From Bugula neritina (taxonomy: Eukaryota > Animalia > Bryozoa): DNA of 64,000 bases. A program made the position numbers and the translations under genes. The stretch lies in contig OZ037770.1 of NCBI GenBank assembly GCA_964035545.1, forward strand, positions 11,800,463-11,864,462, given 5' to 3'. The notes beneath the pieces were generated by a model that was given only the letters and a program-made list of their open reading frames with translations, did not search any database and was not told the origin of the DNA. Shown one piece after another: positions 25,101 to 36,664 of this stretch; position 1 is the stretch's first letter; each line of letters starts with the position of its first letter.

Positions 25101-27085
25101 GAGATAAGCTTTTTAATTTTTTTTTGCATACGTGCTACAAATTATTAATTCTACTGACTATACATGTCCTATAATCTCTTTTTGTTGTGGTTTGCAACTG
25201 TACTTTGTATTCTAGGCCTAAACAACCTCAAATCTTAAAACTAACCTACAATATATTATTGCTACATTATTTCAGATGTTGAGTTTACACTAGCAAGCTA
25301 GTATTGCAGAAAAAAGAGTTATATATAAGAAATAATGCTACTAACAAAAACTACTTCTTTAAACTATTTGAAAAAAATGTTGCTTTTTTAATTTTCTAAA
25401 ATTTATAATAAGATTAAACAAGCTCAACATTAAATAACTTTCTGAAATTAGTTTATTCATACCCAATTTTAACATAACTAGTCCAGTTTCTCTACTAAAA
25501 CATATAAATTATATCGCAAGATGACTCTAATACCATATTATAGCTTGATTAGCTTTTACCAAGAGAAGAAAACTCTTCTGTTCCCAGTGCATGCACCTGC
25601 AGCCACAACTTAGCAGGTTTTACATAACAGCTTTAAGATCAAAGTTATCTTGTCATATAAATCTAGTAATTAGCAATCAATAAATTATCCCGTATAATAT
25701 TTAACAAGTGTTTATGGGCGGTGACACAGATTTCATATTTCTGACCAATAAACTAGCAAATTCACAAATTAATGTTTATTAGACATAAGTAACATATTAA
25801 ATGACAAAAAATCTTATAACTAGATATAATTATATTAGAAGTAATAAATATATTATTCCTCGTGAAACCATAATATATTATAGCAGTTTTCAAGAAACAG
25901 TAACATTTGTGACAAGGATCTGCAGGGAGAAAGAATGATATAGATTGAGTGCTCCATTTAACTGGTAAGTTCGTGTATAGGGTGAAATAAGGTGAACACG
26001 ATTGTACGGTAAATGATGCTGAATTTACTTTTGAATTTCACATTTATATTTTGCTAATGCAAGCATAGATTTTTAAGATTAGAATAATTGTAACTATAAT
26101 AATGTTTTGAAAATGAAATCCAATTTGCAAAATTGAAAAAATGTTTAAAATATTAGCATAGTTATATAAAGCATGGGTAACCTTTTACTACTTATTAAAA
26201 CAATGTAAATAAATTATTTTACACCTTTCAAGACTTTTTTCTTTTTACTTTATTTATCCTGTTATTGTATATACACTTTATCTGTAGAATTTTTTACATT
26301 TATGAAGCATTATTTTATAGCATTGTATCAAAACAGTATTATAATATTATAGTGTATAACTTAGACGTTTTCTCTGATTAGCTTTACTTAGTGAATATAA
26401 GCTCATAAAAAAAGACATTTATATGAGGTTTTATCATCAAATATTTAAGTAATTATCAGAAATATATATACACTCTAGCTGTCAAGGTATAGCCCTGTAC
26501 AGAGCGCCTAAAAAACTTAGTTCTATTAACAATGAGTTTGGGCAATTGCCGTGGTAAGAGCAACTGTGTACTGCACTCTTTGCTATATAAGTGCATCATT
26601 CAATTAGAATAATAGATGTCGGATATGTTTGCTTTTTTCTGCAGTAGCTCTTTAAACACCCAACTTGAAGCATTCAACATTTTTAGCAATATTAAATTTC
26701 ATAATGATAGTCACCACATTTCTGTGCTTCCTCGTCAGTTCAACACATCGCGCCATGTTCATGACTTACAGTCCAATGGTAACAACAATCGAAAATTTGT
26801 TATTTGCGGCAAGTTGAAAGTTTTTAGCTACAATTCCTACCCAAATTTATGGCAAAATAAACATGCACTCAGAATGTTTTTATAGTCATTTTAGTTTAAA
26901 TTGCTATTTAATAAATGACTACCATAGCCATTTTAGTCCACTACTATTGACTACAATAAATAAAATGAAGATGTACATAGTTCATGGGTAAGTATATGCA
27001 TTGTGCTTTGCAAAACAATTATTTAGAATATATGCTTCTTTTAGTTTAGTTTATAGTTATAGTAAAACTTACAAAGGTTCACTAT

Positions 27086-27250
27086 TGCCATACCTGTGAG
27101 AAATCTTGATAGAAAGAACGCTTATAAGTAGGACTTCTTCTAATTTGACTGGATGCCCTTCCTAACATCATCGATGGTCTCTACAGGGATCAAACCAGTG
27201 ACCTCATGTCTTCTAAGTCAGCACCCTATACCACTAGACTGCAGCTGCTA
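27086..27250 (-). mobile_element. Degraded SINE copy just upstream of the first opsin coding exon
   Basis: ccatacctgtgagaaa...gactggatgcccttcctaacatca...accactagactgcagctgct is homologous to the other copies. Confidence 0.7.
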
Positions 27251-27318
27251 CACAGCAGCTATAATCATAATACCTGTGTTTGAAATTCTATTGAAGATTT
27301 TTTTCTTTTTCAGACACA

Positions 27319-30300
27319 ATGGAAAATACAAGTGGGAGCAATGAAGGACATTTCTATTACACATCCAGCAGTGACGTTATACAGACGCCATTGTCACAAA
27401 TCCCATGGTACTCGGATAGCATTGATATTCTATTCGGTAAACAAGTACATAAATCACTGACATCATCAATGCTATAATTAAAACAAATAATTATGTTATT
27501 TACGAAACCCACTTGAACATAGTGTCATTGGCGATTATAAATCAAGTGAATATGCTAGTTTATAACTGCTAGTTGGTTAATTACTTTAATATACACTTTG
27601 CTTGTAATATTTTACTACTATGAGCCTGTCAACATAACTATAACTTTAAACCTGCCAAGTTAGGTTCACCTTACTTGCATATTATGGTGCTATAAACTAC
27701 TTATTACTTGCAAACTGCCAGATAATAACCAAATAAATGGCTAGATATATCATGATTGTTATAGGGTTACTAATGTATGTAGTTATCACTAATTGAGTGC
27801 TAAAATGCAGGAACTATAGTATGTCTTCTCTTTCGTTTTAGGAACAATGTTAGCCTTAGGAACTGGAGTTGGAGTTGTCCTCAACTTTTCAGTATTTGGA
27901 ATGTTTTTCAAACACAGAAGAGAGTTTAATTCTCGGACGACTTGGCTTTTGATGTCCCTAGCTTTAAGTGATGGACTTATGGCGTTGATAGGAGGCACCA
28001 TGTTTTCTATTAGCAGCTTTTCTCATGGCTGGCCATTCGAAGATGAAGGTATGCTGATTGTTACACCCCTTCAGATATTATTTTGACTTAAGAACTTAGT
28101 TTTACAGAATAGTACTTGTACAACCACAGGTAGCCTTCAGGGTAGATTACTTGCAGTTGCACGGCACCAGATAAATCATGTAGTAACATAAAATATAGCT
28201 TATGATAACCCATAAGTTGTACATAAGTTGACATAAAAAGGTGTTATGATTGAAGTTGAGCTTAGATGAAAGAGCTGGATCAAAAAATGATGCAAGGTTA
28301 TCAACAATTAGTGTCTTTTTTGCATTAGGCTTGGTTAATAGGTGAAATGCCTAAGGTGGGTGCTATCAAGTGTTATAATAATTCTATTATAATATGTTGT
28401 AAGATGTAATAAGATGTTTAAAATATGGTGCTAGTCTTGTAAGGTACAATAGTGTGGGGTAAGTTAGTGCAGTGCAGAATTATATGCTTGTGCCAAGTTC
28501 AATGTATATGTTGAGATGGCTGGTATCGTTGCATATGCACGTGTGTGCATGTGTATTATAACCAATGAAATGCATTTCATCAACTGTGAAGTAGTAAAAT
28601 TAAAACATTCCTTAAGCTATTAAAACTATTGTCAATAATTTAGTAGAACTGCAATAAGCTAATAAGTAAAATAAAATGTTCTAAGACTAGTAAGCTTAAT
28701 GTATATGGTAGCCGTGAGACATTGAAAGTAGCACTAATATATAAATTGTTGAACAGAAAGGTTTTGATTGATAAATATGTTATGTAATTTTTGCCAACAA
28801 TATCTATATGTGAGAACAAACAATTGACCTAAAGTTATGTAACTAGAAGCATTATAAAGTATTACAACATAAACATATAAATGTGAAACTTGATGCAGTG
28901 TTTGTATAATGCCAACGTTTCCAGCTAGACCTCAGCTGACAGCATCAGAATAAAGGTCAATCAACTCTCCAGCACAAAAGAGCTCACAATTTTAACTAGC
29001 TTATGAAATGCACTTTGAATGCAGTCAATATACATGCAATTACTGCACTTGTATTTTCAAGCAAAACCGTGCAATTAAACTAGTTTGTTTATGCAAAGTT
29101 TATTTGAAAAGTAACTGTAGGCTACTTATAAAATAACTATTCCTTTTCCTATAAAATGCTCAGTATAGTAAGTTATATCATATTCTTTAATCACTTTAAT
29201 CTAAAACCAGCAGACATTGCAACTTTCCATGTACATTATTGAATGTTCAATGGACAAAAACATTTATTTTGCTTATAAAAATGTGAGTGAAATATAATTA
29301 TTTAATTCTTTGCTAGATACTACATTATTTTGTAATCATTTAAAGGTTATTTAAAATGATTATACTTTTTTTAAAATTAACTTTCTAAACTAGTTCATGA
29401 AATATTTTAATAAAATTGTGTATAATTTTTTACTGCTTTGCATTGATTTTTACATTTTTATCAATTTTGAGAGATATTTATTAAACGACAAATGCAAGAA
29501 TTGTTCAAAAAGTGATATTTTGTAATTTAATAAAGCAGTTACTCGAGTTATATAATTGTCGGTGTATATAGCTACGACTAAAATACTAAAGTTGTAAAAA
29601 TTACAATTCAAATTTTTAAGTATAATATACTATATACATATTATGTTATTTGTTTTGCAGGATGCATATTTTATGCATTTACGATGTACGCTACTGGATG
29701 TACTACAATATGCCATCTAACCATTATAGCTATAGATAGGGCCCTTGCAATTACTACTCCTATTAAATATCGATCATGGAGAAAGAAACCCGTGCTAAGT
29801 GTGGTTGCTATATCAATACCATGGGTATTCGGTTTGTTATTGGCTGTTCCACCGTTAGCAGGTGAGTAAGGCAATTCTACTTGTACAAGAAAATCCACTA
29901 CATGCGTATAAACTGAAACATATTGTAATACACACATATTTATAATATAATGCCGCAATAATGTATAATTAATCATTAAATAAAATATCAATTGAATGTT
30001 TACTAACAAACAAAAGTTATTTATTTGATGTTCATACTCTCTATCATCTTCAAGTAAAAATAAATTTTCATTATTGAATATTATATTATATTTTTTCATT
30101 TCGTTATTATAATAACTTGTTTATAAACTAGAACATATATTTGCAGCTTAAGTTAGTTATTAGCATAATATTATATGATATGCTGCCTTACGCTATAATA
30201 TAGTTTTTGTATTATATGTCATATACTAAATATCATATTATATTACTTTGAACTAATTTATAGTATTGTATTACGTTATATTGTTTTATGCAGTAGCCTA

Positions 30301-33300
30301 CTATATTATTAAAATAATACTTGAAGATTTTGAAATTCATTCATTACTTAGAGCTATAAAGTCAATTAGAAAAAATGTTTAATTTAACACAACCCATGCA
30401 GCTACACTGTATTTTTCATAAGTCAAGCTTGTATTTATTAATTCCAATCGATAGAACAGTCTTGTAACGTCATGCATTTATAGTTTAAAAGTAGCTTCAT
30501 GGCTGAAGTAATGTATCACACTGCATCGTTGTTTTTCTACTTAAATGACCCACATACTTTTTGATGTCCATTTGCTAGCGTGCCTCATCAGCTGTACCAC
30601 ATAATCCTTCTTAAGTTGTATTAAAATATATTGTAGGTTTTCAGCGATATACCTATGAAGGAAGGACCAGCTGCTCCATTGACTGGTTGAGTCAAGCTCC
30701 CATGGATATTGTTTACACCTTTATCATGTTCATTGCAGCATACTTTGTTCCACTGACTATAATTATTAGCTGCTACGGCATCATATTTACTACTGTAAGT
30801 TATTTGGCATGATGTTCATCTAAATAGTTAGCAGCATTATTAGTATATGTTACAACATAAAAGATACATATATACTAAGAGTTTTACTAGTATACATTAT
30901 TAGAATAAAAATAGTTTTCTAATCACTACCAGATAGGCGGTAAGCATATGTTAGGATAAAAGTACATTCCAGGCTTGTTCATTGAAGTAATGATTGACCA
31001 ATGCAAACGGTTTAAAAAAATTGTATCTCCTGAAACACCAAAATCTAAAATTAATATTTAAAAGAACAAAATAAAAGAAAGCTATTTAATGCTTGTGAAT
31101 TTCTATTTTTATAAATTATTAAAAGACACCTACTTTTAAAAAATGTGCGCCAAACATTGGCCTTCTTTATTCCTAGATTTTACGCAAGAGAATGGTAAAT
31201 GTAGCTCTCAGTCAAGCTGCAGCGGGAATTGTCAGCCCTTTGTCAAGAGAAATTTTAGTTAGTGCAATAGTAGACATATTATAGTCAGTTATTGAGTTGC
31301 TGTTGTCAGCTAACACAACATTCATGTTCTAACTATTTCGTTCTCTTAACTACCTGGTTCTTTTGACTACCTTGTTGTCATAACCACCTTATTTTTTTAA
31401 TTACCTTGTTCTTCTACCCACCTTGTTCCTTTAACTACCTTGTTCTAGCTACTCTTCTTCAAAGTCATCATAGTATAATTATAATGTTTTGGTTGTTTTA
31501 TTTATTGAGCCTATACTATGATAGGTGCACATCATTTGATGGTTGTAGTCTTCTAGCACATCGATATGACGTGTTGACTAATGTACGTTTAAGCCATAGA
31601 TGATATGCAGTAATAAAAATTGAAGTTAAAATCATCCAATAATAAATCAATTAATTTTAGTTTAAAGCACTGTGAACAAACATAACATTGATTCAGTTAT
31701 ATTTATTAAAACTTTGTCCAGCACAATATTTTCATGTAATTTAAAAAATTGGTATTTAACAAAACTTTTAAGGAATGTAGAAAATTGGCATAATAACATC
31801 AGGCACCTGTTTAGTTGTTAATTTTAATGTTTACTGTTTATTTATCACAGAATTGCACGTGTCATTTTAATGGTAATACTTCTGGGCAAACATATTTGGC
31901 TTATTTAGAAATATAAATTAAAATAGTGCAATTATTTGTAGTTATGTTATCATGACTTATCAAACAGCTTGCAATTGACTATGCAATAAAAATTAATAAT
32001 TCCAAAAACATTTTTATTAAATTTCAGTGCTTTATTAACTAGTAGCATTTTTCATAGACAATTATGTAGACTAGGTCTCCTGCAGTTATGAAAGTAGACC
32101 TAATTCTATTAGCTATGGATTTAGTATAAACAACATAAATTGTCCCATGATACCATACAAGTATTTATACTATTGCCAGTTACTAAATTATATATCTAAT
32201 ATTTTTCTTTACATAAGATTTGCATTAAATACAATTGAAAAGCTTTGACAATAAAAATAATTGATCTTGTCATATTTTACGCATTTTGTCTTTTATACTT
32301 TGGTGATTAAAATAGTTTATCTAACACTAGCATTGCTGACGCTAATAATGTTTTTATTTGATACATCATTCTGATAACAGCAAAATTTTGTTTCGTGGCG
32401 CCCACACAGTGTTCTTTTAAAATTCAACAACTGGTAAATTGTTCATCCTGCTTTCAATGCACATATTTTTCGTATTCCGTTTCAGGTTAGTAATGTGATT
32501 TCAAACCTTTTATATCGTTGATTATTAATGCCAGGTAGTTAAAAAACAATTAATTATTTTTATATTTAGATAAAAGCCTCAGGCAAGAAGTTCCCTGGAG
32601 ATGAAGCAAGTGCAGTTAAAAGAAGAAAGATTGAAATTCAGCTTGCTAAAAACTTTTTTCTAATAGTTGGTTAGTTTATATTTTAACTTTGATAGCTTTC
32701 ATAATATGATTGAAAAAAAAAGAATTAAATCATGAATTATAACGATGATAACTAATGATTCAACTAACGATAAGCAAATTGTTAAAGTATAGTTGAAGCA
32801 TTCTTTAAACTATAGCAAATTTTCCTTACAGCTAGCAATGAGAGGTAGCAGATTAATTCAATGTTGCATCAAGTCACCTAATCTATGAATTTGCTGATCA
32901 ACTTTTGCCATCATATAAAAGTGTTTTGCAGCATAGAGCATGCAAAAATTCAAAAATACTTTTAGTGTATGCGTATTGTTTCTGTTCAACTTAGTTAGTA
33001 TTCAAAGAAAACTAACTTAGTCAAATATTTCACTTGAACAACTTAATGTTGTGTTATATGTCAGTTAGCATAACAACATTATACTGATACAACATTCATA
33101 GGTGTAAAGAGCCAAATTAAGAAGGAAATTTTAAAAATTGAATAAGCATGTTGTATTTATATCTACAACCACTCTTTATACCATGTTAACAATCAGATTT
33201 TCACTAGAAGTTTATTTATTTAGTTGTGTACATGTTGTTCTGGAGCCCGTATGCTATCGTCTCTATGTGGGGGTCATTTGGCGATCCGAGTGTTATACCA

Positions 33301-34134
33301 GTACCGGCCCGAGGGTTTCCGGCCGTTCTTGCCAAGTTCTCATTCATAGCAAACCCCCTGCTCTATGCTTTGGCCAACAAGGAGCACAGGTAGTTTATTA
33401 TTATACGATATTACATATATAACAATAATTAAAGCAACTGCTTGGTTATATCAAATTTAAAAAGCAAAAGGCCTTTATGAAATATTATTCATAACTTATA
33501 AGAAAAACTTAACTAGAAACCTTTACCAGGAAAACTCCTGCAGGCAACTTTTACCTACAAAAAAACTGCTATACTAGTTGTTCTTTTATTGCTTTAGTAC
33601 TAATCATTTTTGATATAACATAAAACTAATATAACAGAAATGTCTTCAATGAAAACTTTTGAAAACAACGTAGGACAGCGTTTTAGATATTCCAGTCCAA
33701 CAGTTCAACAAGATTAGAACTTATTAATAATAAAAGTGTAATAGCACAGCAGTAGGTATTTTGAAGCAAATATATTAAGTAGCTTTCTCAGACAGTTTAT
33801 AATTCCTCTCCTACTATTATTTAACTTTTATTTAAAACTTAATAATTTTATTTGTGAAGCTTCATTTCATTAAACGACAAAATTTGCCACTCATTGTGTT
33901 TGTGATAAACAATAATGTTTTTGATCTCACACGAATAGGAGGAGGCTGAAAAGATTTTATGGAATCAAAGAGAATAGAGTTCAGCCACCTCCTGACTTCC
34001 ACACCCCACCCCCAGAAGATATCAGTGACATTCCTGAGCAACCCCGGAGAGCTCCGTCTATTCGACCTGTGATGTCGGCAGCACAGTCTACAGAACAAGA
34101 GATCACCAACGCCACCAGTGATACGTCGGTGTAA
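27319..34134 (+). CDS. Opsin (class A 7TM GPCR with retinal-binding Lys296 equivalent), ~381 aa; subfamily uncertain (Go-opsin/tetraopsin-like or xenopsin)
   Basis: Exons 27319-27436, 27842-28048, 29661-29861, 30637-30794, 32570-32669, 33224-33389, 33939-34134 join in frame (1146 nt). Motifs: GVVLN (TM1), LALSD (TM2), GWPFEDEGC, IAIDRA, WVFGLLLAVPPLAG, RYTYEGRTSCSIDW, YFVPLTIIISCY, FWSPYA, WGSFGDPSVIP, LAKFSFIANPLLY (Lys codon 33334-33336), NKEHR. Confidence 0.93.
31177..31257 (+). CDS. Candidate additional or cassette opsin exon (27 aa in intracellular loop 3)
   Basis: Strong acceptor ccttctttattcctAG, 81 nt open (ILRKRMVNVALSQAAAGIVSPLSREIL), donor GTTAGT; phase 0-0 inside the phase-0 intron 30795-32569. 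Confidence 0.5.
31345..31450. repeat. Short degenerate tandem repeat (aactaccttgttct-like) in an opsin intron
   Basis: About six diverged units read directly. Confidence 0.65.
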
Positions 34135-34512
34135 ACCAATAGTGGTTGACTGGTGCCTCTCTATGCCTAATAGTAGTTGACAGATACGCCTCTGTAACTA
34201 ACAGAGGTTGAATTTTACATTACTGTAACTAATGGAAGTTGGCTGGTACATCATTGTAACTATTGGAGATTTACTGGTGCAGCGCATTGTAAATAATAAA
34301 GGTTGGCTGGTACATGACTGTAATTGATAGAGTTCACCGGCCAGTGCAACACTGTAACTGATAAATTTCTACTAGTGCAATGCAGTGTAACTAACAGAGG
34401 TTAAATAGTAGCCCTCTATAAGTAACAGGAGTTGCATGATTTGCTGCTATAATTATTAGCTAATGACTGGTGCACCTCTATAATTATTAGCTATTGACTG
34501 GTACACCTCTAG
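34130..34512 (+). repeat. Degenerate ~31-bp minisatellite beginning at the opsin stop codon (3'UTR)
   Basis: About 12 units with consensus ~tgtaactaatagaggttgactggtacacctc. Confidence 0.8.
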
Positions 34513-36664
34513 CAGCAAAACAACTGAAAACTTCAGCTCAGCATAATTAGAAGAGAAGAGCTGATACTTGGGGTGAAAGTTGACTAACACCATATATTAT
34601 CATTAGTAGAGGTATAAGCTGAAGCCCAAAAAGGCAATTCTTTGAGGTAGATCAGACTTATAAGTGGGGGTAAGCTGAAGCCTTATTAGTCGGTAAAAGT
34701 AAAGCAACGCAGTTGGTATCAACAGAGACTGTTGGGTAATCAATTAATAAAATATTACTCTCAAGTATTATAGAATCTTCCAAGGCTTCCTTATTCCAGT
34801 GGCAAAAACTGTAGAACTGAGGCAATTGCTAGATCAGTATTTAAACTTAGAAAGAATATAAATTTTTTGAAAGCTGCACTTCTGGCAAATAAGGTCCCAT
34901 TGGTGTCGATAAACTTAATAACAATATGGCATTGCATTTGCAAGAAATTTTATCGAAAACATAAAATGCTGTTTTGCCTATAATGCCAATTTTGAAAGCT
35001 ACATAAAGTAACCAGCAACTGGTGGGTTTAAAAAGATATACTGCAAAACAGTTCTTACAAAGTTATACACAAATACCTGAAGCTACAGTTTGGAGTTGTT
35101 TTATTAATCAAACTTTGTTGCTTTGTGTTAATTAGAAACATAGATTAACAAACTATTTCTAATTATGTAGAAACTTGACTCAATAAAATTATTGACTCAG
35201 TATTAAAAGCAATTTTTGTAACTAGTTACTGTATTGTTTATAACGTTTTGAATTTTTCATGTTGCTATACTACTTTCTGTGCCCTTTTTGTACTTGCCCT
35301 TCTTGTTCTTTCCAATTCTAGTCATTGTGGCTATAATATAAATATATAAAATAGAAAAGTTTGTATCAAAAAAATAGTTTTATTAATTTTAATTATGATG
35401 AAAACAATTTTTATGCAACGTTCTTGTAGCTTTTTATTTTATTATAGCAAATGGGAAGTAAAAACCATTTTTTGTCCATTTATTACTAAAAAACTATATT
35501 AATATATTCTGTATAGTCACTAAATTCAGCACTAGCTTACATATATGCTATTTATTTAATTCAATTTAATCACATACAAAAATTTGATTGTAACACAAAA
35601 CTTGAAAGATTTTTAATCACACTAGTACACAATAAAATTGTCTATATATCCTATTGTGCCATAGTTTACCTAATGATCAGAACTTACCAAATAAAGTAAG
35701 GTTATTTCTACGAAAGTATATGTAAAATATAAGCCCCTGTATTATGACTGTGATCAGAAGTCTGTTTTAGCCGTTTGAATTTATGAACAAATTTGCTATG
35801 CCATGCAAATATTAAGCTCTGGCATTTGGTACTGAATTATAAGCTATAATTTGTTTTGTTAGGATAAATCAAAGGGTAAAAGTCAAAGTGATGTCAATGA
35901 AACTTCTGACCTTCAAACCATCATTGCCCCACTTTGGTACATTTATCACTTTGGGATAACTCAAATCAATGTAAGAAGGTATATTGAAAGGATAACTCTC
36001 TCCAAGTTATATAAGGTACAACACTGTGTGCAAGGATGCATAATATATAATGTAGTATTTTGCATAAAAACGTAGTGAACTTTAGTAATAATAAGATGTG
36101 AAACTATATAACTCATCAATATTATTGCTTTTCATGATAGGTTACTGTACATGAGCTGATAAATTCAAAAAGTATACGAAAACATTATACATACTAATTT
36201 AACAAACAAAAATGTATTTACAAGCATAGTATATGCAATTAGCACTGAGAAGCTCAGCTGATGTATATATAATCTATTAGCATGAAGGATGGCGTTATCA
36301 CAAGTAAACCGGTTAATTAATGGAACTTTTACCTTTTATAATTACATTTGTAAACAAGAAAGCTTCACTTATATTCTGTTATAGTGGCACTTTGGGAACT
36401 AAGCATATGATAGCTTATCCGATATGTAAGCTATTGTGTTACCAGGAGTTGTCTTACTAGCCAACGCATAGCCAATATAGCTACAAGCAGCCAGCTGATA
36501 TAAACCCTGATGAACCTAGTGAGGTGGCTCTTGCATCTTGAAGCTCCAGAGTAACTACTATATGGTAATCTAATATATTCTTTCACAGTTTCATAATGCA
36601 TGGTTGGAATGACAACTTCATAAAATAGTTTAAGTAAGAAATGAATTACTGAAATATAAGGTTA

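Noticed and set aside
15717-34134. SPATS1-like gene and opsin as a co-regulated ciliary photoreceptor cluster
   Set aside because: Adjacency alone is weak evidence in animal genomes and I saw no convincing X-box at the opsin; synteny and co-expression data would be needed.
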